Shown here: positions 16,753-25,955 of the stretch, piece after piece | How the letters are laid out: the number at the start of each line of letters is the position of its first letter | How positions within the stretch are numbered: position 1 is the stretch's first letter | From: Syntrophales bacterium | Lineage (GTDB): Bacteria > Desulfobacterota > Syntrophia > Syntrophales > UBA2185 | Assembly (NCBI GenBank): GCA_035542475.1 | Contig: DATKLL010000148.1 | Span: 14,810 to 78,809, forward strand | Reading direction: 5' to 3' | DNA length: 64,000 nucleotides | Translations under genes and position numbers: made by a program | Notes under the pieces: model-generated | Database searches by the model: none | Seen by the model: the letters and a program-made list of their open reading frames with translations, nothing else | Told to the model about the DNA's origin: nothing

Positions 16753-17361
16753 TTAAGATACTCTCCCTTTGACCACCCGAACCCCCCCTAACATGGCCAA
16801 TCCAGACCCCAAGAGCCACACCACGCCCGGAATTGGAACTACTGGATTAGGAGGATTATTTTCTCCCATTTCCCTTTCTACTAAAAAACCCGAGATGTTC
16901 CTAAGGTTTCCCTCGTCATTCCACATCCAGGCGTGCTTCCTATATTTGCTCCATATGGCAAGGTGTTGTTCCGAATCGTGGCCATAATAATCGTTAGGTT
17001 CCCCCTTCGACCATCTGTGATAATTCCAGGGTTCATTTGTCGCCCAATGCCATTTGTTCGATCCATCCTGATACCCACCGATCCAGAACTCGCCGTTAAC
17101 CCCCTGCAGTAATTTTTGTACATATCTCTGTTCCGTCTTGCTTGTAATGGTGGCGAGATGGTAAGAGCTGCCCCAACTCGCGACTTCCGCTGCTGCATCG
17201 TCCCAGGACACGCCCTTTTTAAACACGAGAATGTACTCATTGTCGCCGGAGAATGTGGAATCGGCCAGGGGACCGACGGTCATGCAGGCGACACTCTGAG
17301 CCGCTACTGCGCAACAAATGATAATGACCAGAACGATTGTGACGATTACTTTCTTTTTCAT
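16753..17361 (-). CDS. secreted C-type lectin domain protein with PEP-CTERM-like (PIP variant) C-terminal anchor
   Basis: Signal peptide MKKKVIVTIVLVIIICCAVAAQSVA. CTLD hallmarks are WIGGYQDG...WHWATNEPWNYHRWSKGEPNDYYG...WMWNDEGN (EPN and WND motifs). The tail is NPVVPIPGVVWLLGSGLAMLGGVRVVKGRVS. Confidence 0.75.
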   Translation of the reverse strand: MKKKVIVTIVLVIIICCAVAAQSVACMTVGPLADSTFSGDNEYILVFKKGVSWDDAAAEVASWGSSYHLATITSKTEQRYVQKLLQGVNGEFWIGGYQDGSNKWHWATNEPWNYHRWSKGEPNDYYGHDSEQHLAIWSKYRKHAWMWNDEGNLRNISGFLVEREMGENNPPNPVVPIPGVVWLLGSGLAMLGGVRVVKGRVS

Positions 17362-17521
17362 AATTCCTCCCTTTTATTTATTTGATAGTTTTTGCCCTTG
17401 GGCGTTTAAAGAAAAATTTATGACGGTTCCGAGAACTCCTTGTTTCCTCCCTTTCGGTTTGAGTCTTCATGGCGGCCGCACTCGATGCCGACCAAATCCT
17501 CCTCCGAAACAATTATGCAGA

Positions 17522-17956
17522 TTACGCATTCGGCGCGCCCTCTTTTCTTATCGTTTGATCGCGAAATTCTATTTCAGTCTTTGTTCCCCTCCTGGACCCC
17601 TCCGGTGAGGAAATACTTTCTTCTTCAGTGGCCGCAAATTCGATTTGATAGATGCCTGTCTTCTCATTCAGGGAAATCTTGCTTTGGAGGTTCTTGGGAA
17701 GATCGATGCGGACGCCGCCCAGAAGGAGGTAGACATTCTTTTCCGGGCGGCTCCCTTCTTCCTCCGTAACACAGAGCTCCATTCGGCCAATGCCGTTTGG
17801 CACATGGGTCCATTTTTCTTGACTGCGAGAAAGGAAATCGCGCATAATCATTTCGATTATGGAGGACCGCGAACTGTTCGATTCGCAAACGATCCGATCC
17901 AAGGATTCCTTCAGTTCCTGGCTCGTTCGGAAAGATATCATTACCGCTTTTCTCAT
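17522..17956 (-). CDS. ribbon-helix-helix (CopG/Arc-like) domain protein
   Basis: The N-terminus ISFRTSQELKESLDRIVCESNSSRSSIIEMIMRDFL has the beta-alpha-alpha RHH pattern. The C-terminal ~95 aa are unassigned. Confidence 0.45.
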   Translation of the reverse strand: MRKAVMISFRTSQELKESLDRIVCESNSSRSSIIEMIMRDFLSRSQEKWTHVPNGIGRMELCVTEEEGSRPEKNVYLLLGGVRIDLPKNLQSKISLNEKTGIYQIEFAATEEESISSPEGSRRGTKTEIEFRDQTIRKEGAPNA

Positions 17957-18150
17957 CCCTTTTCTCCTTTTGAAAATATTAAAAAAATAGTCCGTTGGTT
18001 TCTGATCCCAGCCCTCTCTCTCGGACGGAAAGGGGAAAGGGTTGGGTTTTTCCTATCCGATATTGCAACGGCTGAAATGTCTGTGTTCATCTGAGTCCCC
18101 TTAAAGTTTTCTAGCTGCGGCTGCTCCCTGCTGGGTGCTCTGCGGTGAAG

Positions 18151-18188
18151 AATAAAAAAGCCCGAACCGAAAAACATCCGGTTCGGGC
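18151..18188 (-). terminator. orphan intrinsic terminator (minus strand)
   Basis: GCCCGAACCG-GAUGUUUUU-CGGUUCGGGC, a perfect 10-bp stem, followed by UUUUUUAUUCUU on the minus strand. No credible CDS lies upstream of it. Confidence 0.55.
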
Positions 18189-18651
18189 TTTCTGTTTCCA
18201 GGAATCGGTGGAACCCGGTCAGCAAAGGACCCTTCAGAATGGCGTCTCACCGTAGCGCTTAAAGCTTTAGTCCGGTGAAGGAGCATATTGGTGATTCTGA
18301 ATTTTGAGAGATCGTATCACACAAGTATTACAAAAGTATGACTTTTGTATGAAGATCGAATGAATTTCTGCCATCCAGTCTTCGATTTCGGGTTTATTCC
18401 CTCCCATCACGCCGGATTACTCGGTTCCTCCTCTATCCGTCAGCCGTTTTCGGGCCTTTTTTGAGGGCAGTCTGTCATACAATTTTGTCAGGTGATCATG
18501 TCATAATAAAGGAGACCAGATGAACTGGTATCCGTTTAAACCAGCTTTCACCCGGATTTTACAATTGCATAACAGCCGCGTTTTAGGATAGGAATCAATA
18601 TCTCCGGTCTTTGCCCACTTGTTTGGGGAGAAAAAATAGAAACGCGGAGGA

Positions 18652-19257
18652 ATGAGTTTGGGAGATTCATTTATGCGAGTAAACATCTTTGGCAGAGGCA
18701 TGGACAGGATGCCTGATCTGGCATTCAGAATAATTGCTTTGATGTTTAAGATAAGAGATATATTTATTCAAAAGGATAAGCTTCTGGATAAATTTGGCAT
18801 CCGCCAAGGTCAGAGCGTTGTTGATTATGGATGTGGGCCGGGATCATATATCAGGAAAGCATCTGAACTCGTGGGCACTGGGGGTAGGGTCTATGCAATT
18901 GATATTCATGAACTGGCAATTGAATCTGTCAAGAAACGCATCTCAAAAGAAAATCTGCACAATGTAACCGCTCTGGCAGCCTCGAAGGAAAGATGTCCTT
19001 TGAACGATGACAGCATCGACCTTATCTATGCGTTGGATATGTTCCATATGGTTGCAAATCCTACCATATTCTTAAAAGAGCTTAACCGGATATCCAAGCC
19101 TGATGGGATCCTGTTTATAGATAACGGCCATCAGAACCGGGATAAGGCCAAGACAAAGATCAACTCCTCGGGAACTTGGGAAATTACGGAAGAGAGGCAG
19201 CGATATATGAAATGCCGGCCCATTAAAAAGAACATGACAAACAAGAGAACACAATAA
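18652..19257 (+). CDS. class I SAM-dependent methyltransferase
   Basis: Motif I VVDYGCGPGSY and post-I VYAIDIHE. An alternative ATG at 18673 has better RBS spacing. Confidence 0.75.
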   Translation: MSLGDSFMRVNIFGRGMDRMPDLAFRIIALMFKIRDIFIQKDKLLDKFGIRQGQSVVDYGCGPGSYIRKASELVGTGGRVYAIDIHELAIESVKKRISKENLHNVTALAASKERCPLNDDSIDLIYALDMFHMVANPTIFLKELNRISKPDGILFIDNGHQNRDKAKTKINSSGTWEITEERQRYMKCRPIKKNMTNKRTQ

Positions 19258-19541
19258 GTGCTTCTCCTGAAATATTTTTTTGGAATTTCCGTCCGGAGTC
19301 TAACATTTCTAAATAAAATCAATGATATGGGTGGTAACTAGAAGAGGAAATTTCCCTCTTGACTATCCATTAGCATATGAGTATTCTCTTCTTATAATTT
19401 ACCCTCGTAGCTCAGTAAACCCATCAACAAAGCACTTAATCTTCTGTAGCGTGTCGTATGATAAGGAGATTCCTGAAGGTGACAATATCATAGGCTCCAG
19501 GGGAAGTTTAATATCCCCTCGGAGCCTTCTTCAGTGAGATC

Positions 19542-19923
19542 TTTTGGAAAGAGTGAGATTGGCCTACAATACAAGAGCTTCTCAAGATGACCTAACTATT
19601 ATGGATAAGTGAAAGGTATAGATACTTATGGTACTGGTTTTATCTAGCATTGATACTGAGAAGAAAATCCATCTGAACTCTATCGAGATACTGGCAAAAG
19701 AACTCCGCAAAGCAACAGGGGAGGTAACTCTGATTTACACGCGCATCCTTGATGATATGCAAAAGCAGGCTCGTGTGAAGACATTTCTTCATATCTTTGT
19801 GAGTAAGAAGGTGAAGGAACTTATAGAGCATTGAGAAGCATTCTCGGTGGGTACAGGTATTTTTTTGTTTTCTTTGAAAGGGTGATGATTAAACTATCCT
19901 CACCCTCAGTTTTATTAGATTCA
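19542..19923. repeat. 380-bp direct repeat, copy 1 (contains small ORF 19628..19834)
   Basis: Aligns with 21844..22222 at about 85% identity by eye, including the leader, ORF and about 90 nt of trailer. Confidence 0.85.
19628..19834 (+). CDS. small conserved hypothetical protein (68 aa), paralogue 1
   Basis: MVLVLSSIDTEKKIHLNSIEILAKELRKATGEVTLIYTRILDDMQKQARVKTFLHIFVSKKVKELIEH is about 75% identical to the ORF at 21924..22139. Reading frame is kept in both copies. Confidence 0.5.
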   Translation: MVLVLSSIDTEKKIHLNSIEILAKELRKATGEVTLIYTRILDDMQKQARVKTFLHIFVSKKVKELIEH

Positions 19924-20210
19924 GGCGACTCTGATTGCGGTTTATGGGCTGTTTATGACACCTCTCGGCTGGGGCTGGGCACTGTTCGTTTGGGGCAATG
20001 CTCTGGCTTGGTTCCTCGTGAATGACTGCGTGAAACTGCGCCTGTCGGATTTTTGATCCCACCAAAGTCAAGACACCGTCCGATTTGACGCCGCAGATCG
20101 CCAAGCGTGCCTATGAACTGTACAAGCAGTGAGGACGCCAGGACGGTCTATCAGTTCAGGACCGGGAGCAGGCGGAGCGGGAGATTAGGAAAAATGAACC
20201 CCATAAATAA
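19919..20210 (+). pseudogene. 3' remnant of a plasma-membrane-type P-type ATPase gene with DUF2934-like tail (frameshift plus in-frame TGA)
   Basis: Hand translation gives ...ATLIAVYGLFMTPLGWGWALFVWGNALAWFLVNDCVKL, the last TM of H+/Mg-type P-ATPases. After a +1 shift it reads RIFDPTKVKTPSDLTPQIAKRAYELYKQ*GRQDGLSVQDREQAEREIRKNEPHK*. No upstream ATPase body is present; it starts exactly where repeat copy 1 ends. Confidence 0.6.
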
Positions 20211-20246
20211 ACACACATAAATAACGCGGTTGGCACTGTCGAAAGG

Positions 20247-21137
20247 ATGAGGATGAAGATCAGTTCCAAACATTTCCAGGTCCCCGCAGGAGAAAAGGTC
20301 AAATTCAAACAATGGCCGACGTGGGTCAAGCCCTACTACATGTCGAAGGAGCACTATAAAGAAATCCTCGCTGAACACATCGAGGAACTAAGTGAGCGGC
20401 AAAGTCTGCTCTACGCTTACAATCGCTATTCGGTGCTGTTGGTTTTTCAGGGCATGGACGCAGCTGGCAAAGACGGGGCCATCAAGCACGTGATGTCTGG
20501 CGTCAATCCGCAAGGCTGCGAGGTTTTCAGTTTCAAACAGCCGCTTGCTGAAGAACTGAAGCACGATTTTCTTTGGAGCGCGATTTGCCGCCTGCCCGAA
20601 CGCGGTCGGATCGGCATCTTCAACCGTTCCTATTACGAAGAGGTATTAATCATTCGCGTGCATCCGGAGATTCTTCACGGACAAGGTCTCCCGGACGAGT
20701 TGCTGGACGAAAATACGATTTGGCAGGAGCGGTATCGTTCCATCGTGGACTTGGAAAAGCATCTCCACCGGAACGGCACCCGGATCATCAAGTTCTTCCT
20801 TCACCTGTCGAAGGACGAGCAGCGAAAGCGATTCCTCGAGCGCATTGATGAGCCGGACAAAAACTGGAAATTCGGTCTCTCGGACATTAACGAGAGGAAC
20901 TACTGGAAGCATTACATGGAGGCTTATGAGGCTTGCCTGACCGCGACAAGCACCCATCACGCGCCCTGGTACATTGTTCCTGCCGATGATAAGGGGAATG
21001 CCCGGTTGATTGTTTCTCAAATTGTCCTTGATGCGCTCAATGAACTTAAGATGGCCTATCCCAAGACCACCGCGGAACGTCGGCGGGAATTGAAATCTAT
21101 CCGCAAACTGCTATTAAAACAAAACCATGACCAATAA
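20247..21137 (+). CDS. ppk2: polyphosphate kinase 2 family protein (single-domain PPK2)
   Basis: [28 protein letters not shown] (PPK2 Walker A) and lid region [26 protein letters not shown]. Confidence 0.85.
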   Translation: MRMKISSKHFQVPAGEKVKFKQWPTWVKPYYMSKEHYKEILAEHIEELSERQSLLYAYNRYSVLLVFQGMDAAGKDGAIKHVMSGVNPQGCEVFSFKQPLAEELKHDFLWSAICRLPERGRIGIFNRSYYEEVLIIRVHPEILHGQGLPDELLDENTIWQERYRSIVDLEKHLHRNGTRIIKFFLHLSKDEQRKRFLERIDEPDKNWKFGLSDINERNYWKHYMEAYEACLTATSTHHAPWYIVPADDKGNARLIVSQIVLDALNELKMAYPKTTAERRRELKSIRKLLLKQNHDQ

Positions 21138-21140
21138 ACA

Positions 21141-21247
21141 ACCGTCACCGATTTTTTCCCTATCGTGCCCTCCCGATCTCATACCCTAGCTTTATTTCCT
21201 TGTCACGGAGTTTCCGTATTGCCTTCCTGAAGTGCACATACCGCCTC
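21141..21247. repeat. 107-bp direct repeat, copy A
   Basis: ACCGTCACCGATTTTTTCCCTATCGTGCCCTCCCGATCTCATACCCTAGCTTTATTTCC...GCCTTCCTGAAGTGCACATACCGC aligns with 30540..30646 at about 85% identity. Confidence 0.75.
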
Positions 21248-21843
21248 TCCTCTTCGACGATGATTCTACAAAACTCAGCAATTCGTCACGGGTAACATGG
21301 GTAAACTAAATCCTACTTTTTATTTTATTCTTCCTTGTCATTGTTCAATGCATATGATTCATATAAGACATCAACCTGAGGAAAACAAAAGCATTCGTGC
21401 CATGAGATGCGATGGTTACCTAAGATAGAATACATAATGCCAAGGACACCGACCTCAATTTATTTAAATGGGGCAGGTCATGAAAATTAAAATAATAGTA
21501 AGTATTCCCTACCATGTTACACCAATTATATTATTATTGCCTCTAACCAATGTATGAATTAGCATTTTTATAAATAAAACATTCAAACAGAACTTCCCTA
21601 TATTTTTCCAATTAGAAAGCAATGCCTTATCAAAAAAAGAAGGAAGATATGGCAAGAGTAGGTTCGGTAATAATGTCACCCACAGATCAAGACAGTCTCA
21701 TAGGATGTGAAAGGCGATTCGCATGCGAAAATGAGGGATTGGATAATGTCTTTTGTTAAACAAGAAATATATCATACGCTTGCCGTAATTCGATTATTAC
21801 CTGAGGCAAGAAGTGAAGCGGAAACAGCGGCTTCAATGAGATA

Positions 21844-22222
21844 TTTTGGAAAGATGGAAATTGGCCGTCGATACAAGATCCTCTCAAGAAAACCTAACTA
21901 TTATGGATAAGTGGAAGGAATAGATGCTTATGGCACTGGTTTTATCTGGCAATGATAATGAGAAGAAAATTCATCTGACCTCTATTGAGATACTGGCAAA
22001 AAAACTCCGCAAAGCAACAGGGGAGATAACTCCGATTTACACGAGCGTCCTTGCTGATTTGCAAATGCAGGCTCGTGTGAAGATATTTCTGCATATCCTT
22101 GTGAGCAAGAAGGTCAAGGAACTTATAATAGGGTATTGAGAAGCATTCTCGGTGAGTACAGGTATTTTTTCTTTGCAGGAGTGATGATTAAACCATCTTC
22201 ATCCTCAGTTCTATTAAGTTCA
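21844..22222. repeat. 380-bp direct repeat, copy 2 (contains small ORF 21924..22139)
   Basis: See 19542..19923. Confidence 0.85.
21924..22139 (+). CDS. small conserved hypothetical protein (71 aa), paralogue 2
   Basis: MLMALVLSGNDNEKKIHLTSIEILAKKLRKATGEITPIYTSVLADLQMQARVKIFLHILVSKKVKELIIGY. Confidence 0.5.
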   Translation: MLMALVLSGNDNEKKIHLTSIEILAKKLRKATGEITPIYTSVLADLQMQARVKIFLHILVSKKVKELIIGY

Positions 22223-22438
22223 ATGGAACTTAAGTTTATCTTTCATTGTTCGGCAGTGATCCGCTGTCAGGAATATCCCAATTTACGGCTTTAAAAATCC
22301 TTAAGACAGACTGCGAAAATCCTGCTTGATAATGCTTTTCTTAAAGACAGAATGAATGGTAGACATCCATCCTATCAAGTCGAATCAAAAACGACGTGAT
22401 GAGTAGCCGGAAGAGAGGACAACATAGGAGGAGACGAA

Positions 22439-22801
22439 ATGAAACCTGACATCAGTGACACAGGGTTCGGTTATATAACCATCGAAGGTTCAAAGATCGA
22501 ATACGATATCGTTATTCGACTGTCCGGCAAGATAAAAAAGCGAAAGAAGAAATTATCAAAAGCTGTCTACGGAACATCACATACTATTTCACTGGAAGAG
22601 GTGAAGCACATCTATCAAGACGGTGCAGAACGACTGATAATAGGCTCAGGCCAAGAAGGCATGGTGAGACTCTCAGAAGAGGCGGCTGATTACTTGAAGA
22701 AAAAGAAATGCAAAGTGACTCTGCAGCCAACGCCTAAAGCAATAGAATACTGGAACAAAGCAAAAGGTGCAGTCATAAGTCTTTTCCACGTCACGTGTTG
22801 A
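22439..22801 (+). CDS. Mth938-like domain protein
   Basis: 120 aa. FGYITIEGSKIEYDIVI...HTISLEEVKHIY...ERLIIGSGQEGMVRLSEEAADYLKKKKCKVTLQPTPKAIEYWN...ISLFHVTC fits the Mth938/DUF498 pattern. Strong AGGAGGAG RBS. Confidence 0.55.
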   Translation: MKPDISDTGFGYITIEGSKIEYDIVIRLSGKIKKRKKKLSKAVYGTSHTISLEEVKHIYQDGAERLIIGSGQEGMVRLSEEAADYLKKKKCKVTLQPTPKAIEYWNKAKGAVISLFHVTC

Positions 22802-22996
22802 TTGCCACATTTTTACCATATGCCGAATTACATTGCGTCCAAGTACCGCCTGCGTCTGTCAGACATGTAGGAATTGGGGCCATCTAAAACCCGGTCGCAG
22901 CGGAAGGCTCGGGCGCGCACCACCACTGAATCGCACCATCAGACCATCAAGAAATATCTGACTAACCAGTTATAATTATAGCTGAACACCGAAATC

Positions 22997-24610
22997 TTAT
23001 TTTTCTTCTGCTGTTTGTATGGAAAGGGTCTCGTTAAGATGTCTGATTGTTTCCTCGGATGCGAATCGCTCCCATATCTTTTTGAACCCTTCCTGGCGTT
23101 CTTTCGCTATTTCACCTTGGAGTTGGTAGATCTCACCGAGGATGAATACGACTACAGGTTCAACGAGTTTGTCCTTCCAGTCTTCGAACAGGTAGTCAAT
23201 GAATTCCCTGGTGAAGACGGTATCCTGGATCTCCCCGAGACAGTCTTGCAGTTCGACGGTGTGGTCAATAAACGGAGCAAGCGCACCGTCATATGCAGGC
23301 GCCATGAATTCACACGCATAGCGGAGCCGTTTCATCTGGATTCTCAGACGGTGAAACTCCTTAAGCTTCGGGTTTTCGAGAACGGTACGTCCCTGCTCAA
23401 TGACGGAATCTAATTTATCGGTGATTATCATAGGCGCCATCTCACGAACCAGTTTTACTGCTTGCGTCGCCCGTGGACGCGCGGCCAGCGGCCCTTCAAA
23501 GAACTTGATAAGACGCCGCTCAAAACTTTCATACCGCGGCGATTCTAGCGCATTGATAAGAGCCTTGACCGGTGTGCGGCGGTGCTTCTCAATCCAATCC
23601 TCAAAAACCTTCTTCTTTTTCCCAGGGAAGTGTTGTATCTGCTCTTTGAACCGGGATAGATTCAAAAGAAAAACATCAAGGTCGCGTACTGCTCCGAACG
23701 TTTCGCCAAGCCATTTCAATTCGCCTTCGAGGTAGGTGCCCGTGGCGTGAGGGACCGCATTGCGAAACAGACGCAGAGCTGAACGCATCCGCCGCGTTGC
23801 AACACGCGCCTGATGCACAAACTCCGTATCTATATCACGCTTTACACCGGGAATTTGTTCACGAAAGCGGCTAAACTGATAGTGCAGAATTTTATGAACG
23901 GTGAGGTCAAGACGGTCGTCGAGTCGAACCCTGAGTTTTTCAGGCAGCTTCTTTGAAGGAATTACAATCTTGAGACGATCAATCGCAACTTCCAGCTTCG
24001 ATGCGGTTGACGGCGGATAGGGGAATTCACGGCTGAGCAGCAGCGCGAGGGACTTCAATGCCGCCTCCGAACCGTCGATGATCTCTGCCTCCATCTCCTG
24101 GAGCTGTTGTGCACGTCGTGGCTTATGGAGTCCTCGCAAAGAGAAGCAGGAAGTATCAAAGGCAAGCTCTATTTCTGCTCCCTTCGGTGTAAGGGCATGA
24201 TAACGCCGACGCTCCGTGCGGATCTGAATATGTTCAAGGAGTTTTCGTGGGTAAATGACAGGATCGATAAGTTCCCTGATCTGTTTTATGTGAATCTCCG
24301 ATGGGGCATCGACCGGCGCCTCGAGCGGCACTTCCGTTTCCATCCTTTTTGCGATCCCGCCTCCGATTGTCCCGATGCTCTTGATTGTATACATCGCTGC
24401 ACCATCTGTTACGCGATATCGCAGCGCAAGCTTGCTCTTCATTAGGAGCCAGTCAAACGTGTCCAGATATATGTCAATGTTTCTTAATTTGTCGAGTTCC
24501 TTGATCGCGTACTTGTTTTCGCGCATTTTTGCGACAATTGCTGACTCCGCTCCCTGACCGGTGAGAACGAGCTTTAGTTCTATCTCCACAGGTTTCTTCC
24601 CCCTGGTCAT
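22997..24610 (-). CDS. CYTH (triphosphate tunnel metalloenzyme) + CHAD domain protein
   Basis: N-terminal EIELKLVL CYTH signature. C-terminal helical CHAD region with HQARVATRRMRSALRLF and LHRLRIQMKRLRYACEF. Confidence 0.8.
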   Translation of the reverse strand: MTRGKKPVEIELKLVLTGQGAESAIVAKMRENKYAIKELDKLRNIDIYLDTFDWLLMKSKLALRYRVTDGAAMYTIKSIGTIGGGIAKRMETEVPLEAPVDAPSEIHIKQIRELIDPVIYPRKLLEHIQIRTERRRYHALTPKGAEIELAFDTSCFSLRGLHKPRRAQQLQEMEAEIIDGSEAALKSLALLLSREFPYPPSTASKLEVAIDRLKIVIPSKKLPEKLRVRLDDRLDLTVHKILHYQFSRFREQIPGVKRDIDTEFVHQARVATRRMRSALRLFRNAVPHATGTYLEGELKWLGETFGAVRDLDVFLLNLSRFKEQIQHFPGKKKKVFEDWIEKHRRTPVKALINALESPRYESFERRLIKFFEGPLAARPRATQAVKLVREMAPMIITDKLDSVIEQGRTVLENPKLKEFHRLRIQMKRLRYACEFMAPAYDGALAPFIDHTVELQDCLGEIQDTVFTREFIDYLFEDWKDKLVEPVVVFILGEIYQLQGEIAKERQEGFKKIWERFASEETIRHLNETLSIQTAEEK

Positions 24611-25341
24611 TGCAGGAATCTCCTCTTGTTTCCCTCTGCAAAATCCTTTTGGAGCCCTTTCGGCAGGCTGGTCTTGTTGAGCGCCTCAATTGTCCGATCC
24701 CTGTCGTACATGAACCTTACGATATGTCCCCGCGGTGTGGCGCCGGTTTTGGCATCAACAAGTGCATAGGGGGGGCGCGGGTCGCCGTCGATCGGATGTC
24801 CGGTCGAGCTGCAGTTTACAACGAGGATTCCATGGATATGCTTTACAAATGGGATATGTGTGTGCCCGCAGACGAGTATATCCGGACGAATATCTCCGAG
24901 CTTTGCTTCCAGTGCTTTCCTCGTAATGCTCGGATAGATCGTATCGTCCATTGAAACGGGGCTGCCATGGACGACAAGAAGCCTCTGTCCACCGGCAAGT
25001 CTCAGGTCCAAGCGATCCGGCAAACCGGAAAGGTAGTGCTCTGTCTCACGGCTGATATGTTCTACGGTCCATTGAAGGATTTCTTTCTTTTTCGGTTTCA
25101 TTCCTTCGGCAGCGGACTTACCCCGCTTCACCATGTCAATCACTTTTTGATCGTAGTTGCCGATTATCGTGGGGATGCGCCGATTCTTGAGGAAACGGCA
25201 GACATCTTCCGGAAAAGGACCATATCCCGTTATATCGCCGGCACAGATAATCCGGCCGGCTCCGTGCACCTTTGCATCAGCAATCGCCGCCTGCAATGCG
25301 GGCATATTTCCATGTACATCGGAAATGAAAGCAATCAGCAT
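24607..25341 (-). CDS. metallophosphoesterase (YfcE/MJ0936-like calcineurin-fold)
   Basis: Motifs ISDVHGN, AGDITGYG, GNYD, VHGSP and GHTH in order. 4-nt overlap with the downstream CYTH/CHAD gene. Confidence 0.8.
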   Translation of the reverse strand: MLIAFISDVHGNMPALQAAIADAKVHGAGRIICAGDITGYGPFPEDVCRFLKNRRIPTIIGNYDQKVIDMVKRGKSAAEGMKPKKKEILQWTVEHISRETEHYLSGLPDRLDLRLAGGQRLLVVHGSPVSMDDTIYPSITRKALEAKLGDIRPDILVCGHTHIPFVKHIHGILVVNCSSTGHPIDGDPRPPYALVDAKTGATPRGHIVRFMYDRDRTIEALNKTSLPKGLQKDFAEGNKRRFLQ

Positions 25342-25955
25342 CGGTATACGATCTTTCTGTCTGTTTTTTTCAAAAGGAGCTCCTGCTTTTGACGGGACCT
25401 TTCAATTTCCAGCCGGCAGCCATCCGAACATTCGAGATGAATCGTTACCGTTTTGTCGCCGACCGTACATGATAACCGTTTGACGGTACTCGTATGGTTG
25501 CAGTCGAGGCCATCTGCGACACGAAGAATGCCCGCGAGCCACTCAACAAGCTCACGTTTACCTGGATCGAGTGACGCGAACCGACCATGTCGGGATGGGT
25601 CCGGAAGCGCCTTTGTATGATACCGGGCAATGAGGGCGCACGCAAGACGTTCCTCCTCGTCAAGACCGGGGATATCAAGTTCCCGGATCATTTCACTGCT
25701 CAACTTGTGGTGTTTTCCCGACACAACCCTTGACCAGCCGATATCGTGCAGACGGCCGGCGATCTCAAGGAGGCGCCGCTCACCCGATTTGTACCCATGG
25801 AGTACGTGGAGCTCATCGAAGAGGGCAAGGGCGAGTGCCGTAACCTGTTCGCTGTGAGAAGGATCAGGGTCGTACGTGTGAGCCGTTTCGACGACAAATG
25901 CCATCGTTCTGTCCTTGTTTTGCGTTTGCACATTCCGCAATCTTTCTTGCCCCAT
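25335..25955 (-). CDS. HD-domain protein (resembles the C-terminal HD module of Ppx/GppA)
   Basis: HSEQVTALALALFDEL...LLEIAGRLHDIGW. Directly abuts the ppk1 stop and overlaps the next gene by 7 nt. Confidence 0.7.
   Translation of the reverse strand: MGQERLRNVQTQNKDRTMAFVVETAHTYDPDPSHSEQVTALALALFDELHVLHGYKSGERRLLEIAGRLHDIGWSRVVSGKHHKLSSEMIRELDIPGLDEEERLACALIARYHTKALPDPSRHGRFASLDPGKRELVEWLAGILRVADGLDCNHTSTVKRLSCTVGDKTVTIHLECSDGCRLEIERSRQKQELLLKKTDRKIVYRC

Noticed and set aside
18181-18300. Tried to read SRP RNA, 6S RNA, tmRNA or RNase P motifs upstream of the orphan terminator
   Set aside because: No convincing match to the conserved SRP domain IV, the tmRNA ends or the RNase P core could be seen by eye. 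Left as an unassigned possible sRNA.
19401-19440. tRNA-like 5' string ACCCTCGTAGCTCAGT
   Set aside because: Only the D-arm-like 16 nt resemble a tRNA. No anticodon or T arm can be folded downstream, and the strand is opposite to tRNA-Arg, so it is not supported as a tRNA or att remnant.
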